Virus record (IMG/VR): IMGVR_UViG_3300021139_000016
Coordinates: 1-58,570 of that record
Source of the DNA: a virus
Taxonomy: Duplodnaviria; Caudoviricetes
Length of the DNA: 58,570 nucleotides
Direction: 5' to 3' (one strand)
Shown here: positions 27,285 to 36,822 of the stretch, piece after piece
Numbering within the stretch: the stretch's first letter is position 1
Layout: each line of letters begins with the position of its first letter
Position numbers and translations under genes: made by a program
Notes under the pieces: generated by a model
Databases searched by the model: none
Told to the model about the DNA's origin: nothing
Seen by the model: the letters and a program-made list of their open reading frames with translations, nothing else

Positions 27285-27658
27285 TAAGCTAAAATCTCTT
27301 TACTTACTAATGAATTGGCCTTGTAACTTACACTAAGGCCTAGGAAACTTGTTTTAAATCTATTAAAATTTAAAATCTCTGTAACTAACGCATTTAATTG
27401 TACGCCAGATAATCCTTGTATGTTTTCTAATACTTGCATAGGATTATAGCCGTCAATGTATGCTTGATAAAGAATTGTATAAGCAATAGTTTCTGAAGAA
27501 ACTTTACTAAATCCATTACCTTCAAAAAATCCTTTGATAGCATCAAACGTACTTGCATCAATAGGAAGGTCTACAGAATAAAAATTATTGATAGTATTTT
27601 TTGTACTATCAGCACTATCTGCATTTTTTACTTTTGGAATGTTAGTGTATATTGTCAT
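27284..27658 (-). CDS. Hypothetical protein, probably structural
   Basis: 124 aa, coupled within the tail operon. Confidence 0.6.
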   Translation of the reverse strand: MTIYTNIPKVKNADSADSTKNTINNFYSVDLPIDASTFDAIKGFFEGNGFSKVSSETIAYTILYQAYIDGYNPMQVLENIQGLSGVQLNALVTEILNFNRFKTSFLGLSVSYKANSLVSKEILA

Positions 27659-27659
27659 A

Positions 27660-29243
27660 TTATTGTTGAGCCGAAGGAGCTGGTGCTGTACTTAAATTAC
27701 TTTGTAGATTATTAATATTATCAGTAATCGCTTGCATTTGTGCTTGGTATTGATTTGGTGCAACATATCCTGCTTGAGCATATTGTTGTCTTATCAATGC
27801 GGCCGCTTCTGGTCCGTCTGATGCAAGAGCGGCATTCACTGCGGCATTCACAGTAGCCTGTTGATCTGTTGCGGTAGCAGAGGCATTTTGCAATGCTGTT
27901 AGAGCAGTCTGTTGTTTTTCAATTTCTGCATTAATAGCGGCATCCCCCCCTCCGGATAGATCTGTTAAATCAGTTCCTGTCAATACAAGATTTTTTGCAC
28001 TTAGTGGAGGTGGTGTTCCTGCATAATAATTAGCTGATGCAGATGAAGAAGTTGCTCCGAGTGAAGAACCTAATGCGACCGCAGGAGTTGGATTGAAATT
28101 TGTGCCTACTAACATAGTTCCAACACCTGGACCAAAACCTAGTGATTTACCTAATGCACCTAAGCCGCCGCCGATCAAGCCCGATAGTCCGCCGCCAGAC
28201 CCATTCAATGCTCCTTTGACAGCACTATTTAAAATGCTTTGACCTTCTGCCTGCAACGATGCTTGTGTAATATTTCGATAGTTCTTTATCAAATTAGAAC
28301 CTTGTATAGCAATACCTGCCGCACCAAGGAAGCCGCCAGCTGATTGACCACTTAGTAATCTGCTGGTTGATCCGAATAGGTCTTCTGCACCTTGAACAAT
28401 ACCACCAGGTCCAAATAAACTACTATTGCCGCCACCTGCAATGCTCAACGGACTTGGTGTTAGATCATAGTGGAAAGTAGCAAAGCCTGCAGGATTATCT
28501 CTAGCAACACGACCTTCACCATAAAATACAGTTTCGTAACCAATACTGCATCTGCTCTGCGCAAATTTGCTTCCTTGGGTTTGATCTAGTTGATCGTGTT
28601 CCCAAGATTCTATTAATGGATTTACTAAAATGTAACTTGTGAATCTTTTTTGATTTAACTGATAGATAGTTATTGCATTGAAAAAAGGAACGCTTTGATT
28701 ATTGTTAAGACCAAACTTACCGTTAATACCTGTACGACCTAACGGATCTTTAATTTCAATCTCTGGACTATATTTCCAGTTATTTTGGAATGCCGCAGGT
28801 CTTTGTCCTGCTGTTAGTGTGCTACCTGTTTTAACACTTTGCCCCCACCATGTATCTCTATAGTAGTAGCGAAAATAGTTGACCCACAAACTGTTTGTCA
28901 CGTTGCTCATATCATCGTGGAATGATAGAGAAACAGGTTCATAAGTGATTTTTTGTTGTACTAGGGTTTTTCTATTATACTGATTTATAGTTTCAGTTTG
29001 TATTTTAAATTTTGGTAAGTCGGCAGACTTGACCAGCATACCTGCTTCATACTCTCTATTTTGATTGATCCACTGCACTTCTGAAATAGCGGCAGGATTG
29101 ATAGAAAATACAACATAAAAGATCCAGCTGTTTTTAGGAGCAAGAGCATAGGTATCGTCAAGATACAACCGACTGGCATGAGCGTAATCGTGTAGTTGAC
29201 CTTGATTAGTAAAACCGGTAAGATAATCGACTATTGATGGCAT
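27660..29243 (-). CDS. Tube-fold baseplate protein (gp48/gp54-like)
   Basis: VKSADLPKF...NQYNRK...YEPVSLSFHDD tube-like N-domain; Gly-rich and coiled-coil C-terminus. Confidence 0.7.
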   Translation of the reverse strand: MPSIVDYLTGFTNQGQLHDYAHASRLYLDDTYALAPKNSWIFYVVFSINPAAISEVQWINQNREYEAGMLVKSADLPKFKIQTETINQYNRKTLVQQKITYEPVSLSFHDDMSNVTNSLWVNYFRYYYRDTWWGQSVKTGSTLTAGQRPAAFQNNWKYSPEIEIKDPLGRTGINGKFGLNNNQSVPFFNAITIYQLNQKRFTSYILVNPLIESWEHDQLDQTQGSKFAQSRCSIGYETVFYGEGRVARDNPAGFATFHYDLTPSPLSIAGGGNSSLFGPGGIVQGAEDLFGSTSRLLSGQSAGGFLGAAGIAIQGSNLIKNYRNITQASLQAEGQSILNSAVKGALNGSGGGLSGLIGGGLGALGKSLGFGPGVGTMLVGTNFNPTPAVALGSSLGATSSSASANYYAGTPPPLSAKNLVLTGTDLTDLSGGGDAAINAEIEKQQTALTALQNASATATDQQATVNAAVNAALASDGPEAAALIRQQYAQAGYVAPNQYQAQMQAITDNINNLQSNLSTAPAPSAQQ

Positions 29244-29259
29244 ATGAATATTTAGTCAT

Positions 29260-29288
29260 AAAAAAGCCTGGAGATAAATCCAGGCTTT
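29260..29288 (-). terminator. Intrinsic terminator after the tail tube gene
   Basis: 10-bp stem AAAGCCTGGA/TCCAGGCTTT running into a T-run on the minus strand. Confidence 0.8.
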
Positions 29289-29310
29289 GTGTGTGATCCT
29301 ACTATGTAGA

Positions 29311-29937
29311 TTAACCTGTAGCTAATGTGCCTAAGGTACGTCCAACAGCAACACCAATGCCGATCGGAGCACCAGTTGCGTCTGTCTGTATAGCGTTATC
29401 ATAAGCAATAGATAGTGTGATATCCATTGGGTCTGAAGAACTGTAATCACCTTGTTGATATTGAGCTTGTTTAACGTAGCAACCATCTAACTCAAATGTT
29501 TCTAAAACATTAGGAGTATAAGCGCCGTTACCGCCATCAAGGATTTCAATCTTTGTAGTAAACTTGTAGTCGATACCCGAACTTGCAACTGCTTGTTCAA
29601 AGAAGTCAAATTGTTTCTGTAGCTGTTCGCCAACTAATCTGCTTACAGCACCAGTCATATCATCACGTACAACAAGTTGAATATCTTCCCACTTGTGTTT
29701 GCCAGCATACTTAACACGGCTGTTATAAACGTGTAATTCAACTTCGTCAAAACTTAGATTAGGACGACCAACAGTCATAACCTGTTTGGTTATTTCTGTA
29801 GTTGGCTTTGATACTCCAAAATTCTCTAATGTTACACGAAATCTGTACTTAACCTTTGGCATCAACAAGCCTTGGCTTGTTGAGCTCTGTCCTGGCGGTA
29901 GTGGTACAGATAATTTACTTAAACTTGCAATAGCCAT
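29311..29937 (-). CDS. Tail tube protein (gp19-like)
   Basis: YRFRV, RPNLSF, YAGKHKWEDI, RDD, LSIAYD; directly downstream of the sheath. Confidence 0.9.
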   Translation of the reverse strand: MAIASLSKLSVPLPPGQSSTSQGLLMPKVKYRFRVTLENFGVSKPTTEITKQVMTVGRPNLSFDEVELHVYNSRVKYAGKHKWEDIQLVVRDDMTGAVSRLVGEQLQKQFDFFEQAVASSGIDYKFTTKIEILDGGNGAYTPNVLETFELDGCYVKQAQYQQGDYSSSDPMDITLSIAYDNAIQTDATGAPIGIGVAVGRTLGTLATG

Positions 29938-29975
29938 TTAATATGCTCCTTGTTCTATATTATTTACCATTCCTA

Positions 29976-32900
29976 TTAACCCTGTGCTGTCTGGCCAAAA
30001 TTGCCTGACTTAATAGCGCCAGTGTTTAGCAAGCGAACTGGAATGTAAATGAATTCAACTGCTTTAACTGGTTCAACAGCTATATCAACCCATAGTTCTG
30101 AACGGTCAATTCTTGCTGGTGTATTGTTGCTTGTGTCGCATACAACGATATAGTCGTATAAAGCACGTTGACCAACTAACTCTAACAAGAAACTTTCAAC
30201 AGAGTTTTTAACTTCGTTACGTGTGATTTGATCATTAGGTTCAAACAAGTATGGACGAACAATAATGTCTAACTGTCTACGTAAGTAAGCTACTAAACGT
30301 GAAACGTTGATACGATCTACTGCACTTGTAGAATTACTACGAGTATAGTTACCAAAGTTTAAAATACCAGAACCATTCAATGTAGCAATAGGATTGATTC
30401 TAACATCTTGTAGAGCCATTGTATCACGGATACCTTGTGGTAATGCAGACGGTACAAATTCGCCTGTTGTTGCATCTACGTAACCTACTGAAGAAGCATT
30501 GTCAACGATACCACGGCGTGTACCTGCTGGTGCAAACCATTGATAGCTTACAGCATCACTGTTGATAAATGTGCGTAGCATCATGTGGCTTGGAGGAACA
30601 ACGATGTAGTTACCTAAGTTGTCATTTGTATAACCACTTGGGTAGAACAATGCTGTGTAGTCATCACGTGTTACTGCTCCTGCTTCGCCATTGTCAAGTG
30701 CTGTTGTGCTTGCACCCCATGCTTGGATAGCTGTTGCATTAGCTGGTAAACGGAATGGTGTATCACCGATAACAAATGCTGTTTGAGCACGATCATCATT
30801 CAAACCAACCATGTTCTGGATAGTTTCAGGATAACCTGGGCAAGCCATGATGTTGAATACTAATGTATCTGTATCTTTCAATGCATCGTTTGTATCAATC
30901 AATGCTTTTAGAGATTTAACAACAAAACCGCGTTGTGCTAAACGACCAAATGTACCAACTCCGTAATCATTGTTAGGACTTACAGAAACCCAACGAGCAG
31001 GATTGTAAGGAGTTGTTGAATTAGAACCATTCATTGGATCGCCAGTACGAATATTAACACCATTGTTATCATTAATATTGATGTAGTTTGCTTCGTATTG
31101 TTTTACGTTGTAGCCAGAACGACGTAGGTTCCATAGGCGTGTACCACGTGGGTATAAACCTGGATCTGGTGCATCTGGATCAACATAATCGCTCGCTAAT
31201 AACTGTGGGATAGTTCCAGGTGTTGTTGCATAGCCATTTGTTGCCCAACGTGCATCATGGAAAACCCAACCATTTGGACTTGTGTGATCTGTTGGATCTT
31301 GTAATTCCCATTTTAGAGTATTACCGTTGTAAACATAAATGTTTTGACCATATAGATCCATGTCACCTGTTTGGATCCAAATATCACCGTTTGCTAATGC
31401 AGAACCAGTGCTTTGTGTAACAGGCTGTGTTACTGAAATGATAGGACCTGCTGGGTCGGTGGATGGGAAAGCATTTTTATAACCTTGCCATTTCTGACCA
31501 TTGTGATACATGATATCAACTTGATTGAATACGTTGCTATACCATAATGTACCATTTTCTGGGCTTGATGTTGGTGTTGTTTGTGATGATGTATATACTA
31601 ATGGAGCCCAGTTGCTGGCTTTGAATGTATATCCGTCAACTTCTTTTGTACCTGCCGCATAGAAATTAGTAGTACCAGACCATGTGTCTGCTACACTATT
31701 AAATGTGTAAGGTGTAAATCCAGCTGACGCTAAAATGTTGCCTGGATCTTTAAATTTAATTTCGCCACCAGTTGCATGTATAATAGAAATAGTTCCGTCG
31801 CCGTTTAGAGTTGCGGAAGTATTTTGTAGTGTACCTGCACCGTTAATTTGCAATACTAATTGACTTAGTGTTGTACCGCTTAATGTGATAGCTACTTCGT
31901 TAGTTAATGTTGCAGAACCTGGAACGCTTTCTTTGATTGTTAGAACAGCACCATTTGGTAGTGTAGGAGGATTAGCTTGTGAAGTACTTGTAATCACTGT
32001 TGGTGATACAGCTGAACGTCTCCAAACACGGAAATCTGCAAATGAAGCAAAATTGCTTGATGTTGTTGCAGTACCGTTACCATGGTTAAAATTGCTCTCA
32101 ACGAACAATGTACCAACAGCAACGTTTGTTCCGCCGCCTGCTAGATCTAAGTTATAGATAGCTGTCTGTGCATCTGGATAGATAGGAGCGGCAATTTGTG
32201 TAAAGGCCTGTGTTGTACCACTGTATTGTTTTACAATCCAGCTGGCGCCTGCATTAGGACTTGTTGTTTTTACATATACAGAACCGCTTGGTCGTGTGCT
32301 GAAATCAGGATACTGTGTATGCGGTCCGATGAACAATGATGGAGCATAATATGTCTTAGCACTCCAACCTAACTCAGCGATAGTAGAAGCTGTTCCGCCG
32401 ATTGTGATAGTACCTGGATATTGATCAACATACAATTCTAGTTGGCTACTGCTGTTAACTTTAGCACCAACACCGCTTGTATGCAATGTTGAGTTAATGC
32501 TTTGAGCAACTGTGATCGCTGTACTTGCTGTACTAACAGCAATAGTTGTACCATTAATGATCAATGAACCTGATGCAGATGCAAAAGTTGGATTTGATGT
32601 TACACCAGCAACTGTTGGATAGCTTGTTACCCAAGAAGTAGATTTAAATGTGCTTACGTTAGCATTAGTAGCAAAGTTCGTTTCGCCAGATGATCCAACA
32701 TGCACCCAGTTACCGTCTTGGTTCTTGTATTGTACTTCGTTAGTATTACCATCGTCTGTTGTGATAGCATAAGAACCAACCGCACCAAAACTTGGAGCAA
32801 TAGTTACGCCGTCACCGTTTACAGTAGCGATAGCTTTGTTGCTGTCGTCAATAACAGACAAACTTTGAACGCTAAATGACTGTGCGCCAGCATCCCATTC

Positions 32901-33344
32901 AAAAATACCAAATTTTGTATTTGAAGTGTCTAGCCAGTATGTACCACTTGGAGGAGCACCTGCAGGAGCAGAGCTTGTTCCAACTAATTGTCCTAGGTCA
33001 ACATCAGCACGGGCAACAAATACTTTACTGCTTACGCCTAAAACTGAGTATGCGGCTTGTAGACCGTACTCGTTACGCTCTCCGCCGTTTACTGGATTGT
33101 TACTAGAATCAACTTCAAAGTATGGTGTGCCAAATGTATCTGTAAGGTCACGTTGACTTGTGATAGTCCACACTTGATTTTTGTACTGACTTGTAGTACC
33201 AGCGGCTACGCCAGTACCTGATGAATTTTGTTTGTTGGCCGCAGTAGCGATAAAGATCAAAGGCACTGTTCCTGGTGCCGCTGGTGTGTAAAAACTTTCG
33301 TTTACTATGCTTACTGATACGCCTGGTGAATTTAATGTTGCCAT
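29976..33344 (-). CDS. Contractile tail sheath protein (gp18-like), 1122 aa
   Basis: LNSPGVSV start; WFAPAGTRRG, RINPI, DRINVSRL, LFEPND, PVKAVEFIYI. Confidence 0.95.
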   Translation of the reverse strand: MATLNSPGVSVSIVNESFYTPAAPGTVPLIFIATAANKQNSSGTGVAAGTTSQYKNQVWTITSQRDLTDTFGTPYFEVDSSNNPVNGGERNEYGLQAAYSVLGVSSKVFVARADVDLGQLVGTSSAPAGAPPSGTYWLDTSNTKFGIFEWDAGAQSFSVQSLSVIDDSNKAIATVNGDGVTIAPSFGAVGSYAITTDDGNTNEVQYKNQDGNWVHVGSSGETNFATNANVSTFKSTSWVTSYPTVAGVTSNPTFASASGSLIINGTTIAVSTASTAITVAQSINSTLHTSGVGAKVNSSSQLELYVDQYPGTITIGGTASTIAELGWSAKTYYAPSLFIGPHTQYPDFSTRPSGSVYVKTTSPNAGASWIVKQYSGTTQAFTQIAAPIYPDAQTAIYNLDLAGGGTNVAVGTLFVESNFNHGNGTATTSSNFASFADFRVWRRSAVSPTVITSTSQANPPTLPNGAVLTIKESVPGSATLTNEVAITLSGTTLSQLVLQINGAGTLQNTSATLNGDGTISIIHATGGEIKFKDPGNILASAGFTPYTFNSVADTWSGTTNFYAAGTKEVDGYTFKASNWAPLVYTSSQTTPTSSPENGTLWYSNVFNQVDIMYHNGQKWQGYKNAFPSTDPAGPIISVTQPVTQSTGSALANGDIWIQTGDMDLYGQNIYVYNGNTLKWELQDPTDHTSPNGWVFHDARWATNGYATTPGTIPQLLASDYVDPDAPDPGLYPRGTRLWNLRRSGYNVKQYEANYININDNNGVNIRTGDPMNGSNSTTPYNPARWVSVSPNNDYGVGTFGRLAQRGFVVKSLKALIDTNDALKDTDTLVFNIMACPGYPETIQNMVGLNDDRAQTAFVIGDTPFRLPANATAIQAWGASTTALDNGEAGAVTRDDYTALFYPSGYTNDNLGNYIVVPPSHMMLRTFINSDAVSYQWFAPAGTRRGIVDNASSVGYVDATTGEFVPSALPQGIRDTMALQDVRINPIATLNGSGILNFGNYTRSNSTSAVDRINVSRLVAYLRRQLDIIVRPYLFEPNDQITRNEVKNSVESFLLELVGQRALYDYIVVCDTSNNTPARIDRSELWVDIAVEPVKAVEFIYIPVRLLNTGAIKSGNFGQTAQG

Positions 33345-33446
33345 CCTATGCATCTCCCATGTAATGGTTTGTTCATCAGTATTTAGTGGTTATACCAATT
33401 TTCTATTGGTTAAATACCATTGAAAAGGGCACGAAAAAGGGCGGGT

Positions 33447-33785
33447 ATGATCAGATCATTGTGTAAAACATGCGGTAAAAGACCGGTTGCTATCAACTAT
33501 CACAAAGAGGGTAAGGTATTTTACAGGAAGTCTTGCGACCATTGTTCGAGAGATAGAAAGCCTGGTCTTACTAAATGGCAGTTAGCAGGCTATAAGAAAA
33601 AGGATACTTGCGATCGGTGTAATTTCACCAGCAAGTATCCTGATCAATTTGATGTGTTTTTTGTCGACGGAAATCTAGAAAATTGTCGGCATGCAAATTT
33701 AAAAACTATATGTGCTAACTGCCAACGATTACTACATCAGCTCAAGCTACCATGGAAACGGGGAGATCTCCGACCAGACTTTTAA
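33447..33785 (+). CDS. Degenerate HNH/Zn-finger protein
   Basis: Four CxxC pairs; VFFVDGNLEN...NLKTICANC has the HNH scaffold without the His pair. Confidence 0.7.
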   Translation: MIRSLCKTCGKRPVAINYHKEGKVFYRKSCDHCSRDRKPGLTKWQLAGYKKKDTCDRCNFTSKYPDQFDVFFVDGNLENCRHANLKTICANCQRLLHQLKLPWKRGDLRPDF

Positions 33786-34398
33786 CCTGATCGTATAAGT
33801 CATCAATACTTCCGTTATTATCTAGGATAGCATCGAACTTGGTTCCTACCCATGCTGTTTCTGATGCATGGATCCCTGTTTTTTCTAATCTATGTTTACT
33901 GGTTGCCCATGTTAAATTACCGTTCGGGCCTTGATTTACACTAACTGCGGCATCGTACCATTCGGGCTCTAGCCCGCGGACTACACGGACAACAATGCCG
34001 CCAGCGGCTTTAATTGATTTAATTTCATTAGGAAAACGGCAGTCACTAATGACTATGTCATCTTTCGAGTTGCGTAGTTTATTCTCTAATGCGGCAATCC
34101 AAATATCGTCATGGAAGCCTTTGCGACAAACTTCAGTTCCCCAGTATTGTAATACCCAACGTGGTGTTAAATGAGGCATACCTAAACGTTCTGCCCACCA
34201 CGGATCTACTTGTTCTCGCCATTCGCGGGCTGATTTAGTTCGCCCCTCTAACATTGTACGGTCCCAGCCAAACACTTGTGCCACAGCATCTTTAAGGCTG
34301 TTGGCAAAACTTTCTCTTCTAAATTCGTGGAAATTTGTTAGATAGTCGGCAATAGTATCTTTGCCTGATCCAATAAAACCGCACACACCTATAATCAT
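33742..34398 (-). CDS. Deoxynucleoside monophosphate kinase (gp1-like)
   Basis: GFIGSGKDT, FANSLK, PRWVLQYWGTE, ISDCRFPNE, HASE. Confidence 0.93.
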   Translation of the reverse strand: MIIGVCGFIGSGKDTIADYLTNFHEFRRESFANSLKDAVAQVFGWDRTMLEGRTKSAREWREQVDPWWAERLGMPHLTPRWVLQYWGTEVCRKGFHDDIWIAALENKLRNSKDDIVISDCRFPNEIKSIKAAGGIVVRVVRGLEPEWYDAAVSVNQGPNGNLTWATSKHRLEKTGIHASETAWVGTKFDAILDNNGSIDDLYDQVKSLVGDLPVSMVA

Positions 34399-34420
34399 AG
34401 TATCTCCTAGTCGATACTAT

Positions 34421-34449
34421 ATTTTATTACAATGTGATTACAAGGTCAA
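34421..34449 (-). promoter_or_regulatory. Sigma70-type promoter for dNMP kinase
   Basis: TTGACC-N17-TAAAAT followed by an AGGAG SD. Confidence 0.65.
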
Positions 34450-34829
34450 TCTTTTTTGGTTCTTTTTGTGGTCTTTTTTGCGTTCCAGTTGTTTACCGGA
34501 CTTGTTGTTGATACGTCTTTATTTTCGTGGCTTCCGCCAGGAGTTAATTGTACTTTAGGAGTACCTACTAGATTAGCCGCGGCTTGTAAAATGCTATCTT
34601 CAACATCAGTGTATCCAATAGTAACCATTTTCAAACCTGTTGGGCCTGCAACATCCATTTTATTATCAGGAAGGCCGGCCATAGCAACACCAAAGCGATA
34701 TGCAAGATAACCGGAGCTGTTATCTAGTTCTGGAAAAATATGTGAGTTAGGTAGTGCCTGGGCAACATCCGGAGTCCAACCTTTAGCTCCTGTATAATCT
34801 CTCGCTTCGACTAATTCTCTTATTTTCAT
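34446..34829 (-). CDS. Hypothetical protein, possibly head-associated
   Basis: 127 aa starting MKIRELVE. Confidence 0.65.
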   Translation of the reverse strand: MKIRELVEARDYTGAKGWTPDVAQALPNSHIFPELDNSSGYLAYRFGVAMAGLPDNKMDVAGPTGLKMVTIGYTDVEDSILQAAANLVGTPKVQLTPGGSHENKDVSTTSPVNNWNAKKTTKRTKKD

Positions 34830-34830
34830 A

Positions 34831-35589
34831 TTATCCTCTTACAAACCACATCGGAGTTTCACCGGTCTCGCTATTTCTAATAGCTAATTCTAATTTTTCA
34901 ATTTCTTCTTTACCGGCAGATATCAATGCATCACCATTTAATGATGTGCCGCCTTGTGGACCAGCGATCTGATTAAACTTACTACGAGCTTCACCTAGTA
35001 TAATCTTACAGGTTGCCAGTGTATAATCTTTAATCCAAATACCTGCGTATGGATCTTTTACAAGATCAAAGTCTGGTCTATGATTGTTCACCCATAACAA
35101 TAGTGTTTCTTGTCCTCTTGGACGTTGCATTAATGTTAATTTTTTATTAGAAGGATTAAAACGAAAGTTGATAAAACTACCAAACATTTTACCCACTAAA
35201 TTCTGATAACTTGCAAACGCAAAATAGGTTGCTAAACCGCCCATGTTGCTAGAGCTTAACAAATAGGTATTTGTATAAGCCAAGTTAAACGGTTCAAATA
35301 ATGTACCTGTATCGCCACCGCCTGTTCTACTACCAATACTTCTACGGAATACTTCGCGCACACTCATAATTTCTGGTGCTAATTGATATTCGTTAACGTC
35401 TTGATCTACAGTTATAAAAGCATAGCTTTCTTCAACAGAATTTGCACTACGTTGACGATATACGGCTAGGGCACGGTCTATAGCTGTTTGGTAATTAGAG
35501 GGCTCTAATTCAACATCGACCATACCGCCACCCAACATATTGGTAACGTAATCTATAATTTCTTGGCGGGCATCAGTTGTATCACTCAT
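34831..35589 (-). CDS. Neck protein (gp13-like)
   Basis: LGGGMVDVEL, WIKDYTLA, GEARSKF-x2-IAGPQGG-x2-LNG. Confidence 0.85.
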   Translation of the reverse strand: MSDTTDARQEIIDYVTNMLGGGMVDVELEPSNYQTAIDRALAVYRQRSANSVEESYAFITVDQDVNEYQLAPEIMSVREVFRRSIGSRTGGGDTGTLFEPFNLAYTNTYLLSSSNMGGLATYFAFASYQNLVGKMFGSFINFRFNPSNKKLTLMQRPRGQETLLLWVNNHRPDFDLVKDPYAGIWIKDYTLATCKIILGEARSKFNQIAGPQGGTSLNGDALISAGKEEIEKLELAIRNSETGETPMWFVRG

Positions 35590-35594
35590 GCTTA

Positions 35595-35608
35595 TATTTA
35601 GTTAAATA
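35595..35608. promoter_or_regulatory. Back-to-back late promoter boxes between gp13 and gp14
   Basis: TATTTA-GT-TAAATA; 5 and 7 nt to the divergent ATGs. Confidence 0.75.
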
Positions 35609-35615
35609 CACTACT

Positions 35616-36821
35616 ATGCCAAGACTATCTCTATACCGTCCCGAAAAGGGCAACGATTTCAAGTTCTTTGACCGCCTAATTAATGAACAATTTCAGGTGG
35701 GCGGAACAGACATCTACATACACAAATATGCAGGCCCTGTAGCACCAGAAACCGGAGAGTCCACTCCTAGCCAGCCTACAAATACTAATTATGATCCTAC
35801 ATTAGGGATACAAGATCTGCTCCTAATGGAAAACAGAGACCGTCATTACGAGCCAGATGTTTACATCGCTCGTGCAATTTATACAATGCAGGATTTGGAC
35901 TTTAACCTAAGTCAGTTTGGCATATTTTTAACTAACGATAACGTGATGATTCACGTACATTTACGTACTATAGTAGAGCTACTAGGACGTAAGCCTGTAT
36001 CTGGTGACGTGTTAGAACTACCCCATTTAAAAGATGAATATGCATTGGGTGATGCGACTATTGCTTTGAAACGATTTTATGTAGTCCAAGATGTTACTCG
36101 TCCGTCTACTGGATTTAGTCCAACATGGTATCCGCACTTGTTAAGATTAAAATGTGCTCCGATGGTCAACAGTCAAGAATTTGCAGAGATACTTAATCAA
36201 GAACAGTATGATACTCAAGGTAATCCTGCTGGCACATTAAAAGAATTAAACACAACGTTTGATATTGCACAACAAATTAACGATGCAATCATAGCGCAAG
36301 CAGAAGCAGATTTACCTATGAGTGGATATGACACAACTCCTTACTATGTGGTACCATTAAACACACAAGGATTTGCAGATGTTGAAGATGTTAGTGATAC
36401 CAATGTTGATGTTACCGCAGAAGGTACCATTGATGCATCTGTAGTACTGCGCACACCCGATCACGAATATTATCTCGGATATAACACAGGTGGAAGTGTT
36501 CCACCAAACGGTGCTCCTTATACGTTTGGCATTGATTGGCCAGCAAGACCTATTCTAGGTCAATTCCACTTGCGAACTGATTATTTTCCAAATAGATTGT
36601 TTAGATATGATGGTAGTTACTGGCTCAAGTTTGAAGACAATGTACGTATGGAAGTAACTAACACTCCTGCTGATGGTGATATGAATACTCCAAATAGCCA
36701 AACACGTCAGACAGAAGTTACCAGCTTTATCAATAATACAAATACTGCTACTATCGGTACTAAAGTTGTACAGGAACGTCAAGCACTAAGTAAAGCACTA
36801 CGATTAAAGGCGGACAATTAA
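35616..36821 (+). CDS. Neck/head-closure protein (gp14-like)
   Basis: IQDLLLMENRDRHY, LSQFG, GDVLELPHL; lies between gp13 and gp15. Confidence 0.75.
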   Translation: MPRLSLYRPEKGNDFKFFDRLINEQFQVGGTDIYIHKYAGPVAPETGESTPSQPTNTNYDPTLGIQDLLLMENRDRHYEPDVYIARAIYTMQDLDFNLSQFGIFLTNDNVMIHVHLRTIVELLGRKPVSGDVLELPHLKDEYALGDATIALKRFYVVQDVTRPSTGFSPTWYPHLLRLKCAPMVNSQEFAEILNQEQYDTQGNPAGTLKELNTTFDIAQQINDAIIAQAEADLPMSGYDTTPYYVVPLNTQGFADVEDVSDTNVDVTAEGTIDASVVLRTPDHEYYLGYNTGGSVPPNGAPYTFGIDWPARPILGQFHLRTDYFPNRLFRYDGSYWLKFEDNVRMEVTNTPADGDMNTPNSQTRQTEVTSFINNTNTATIGTKVVQERQALSKALRLKADN

Positions 36822-36822
36822 G

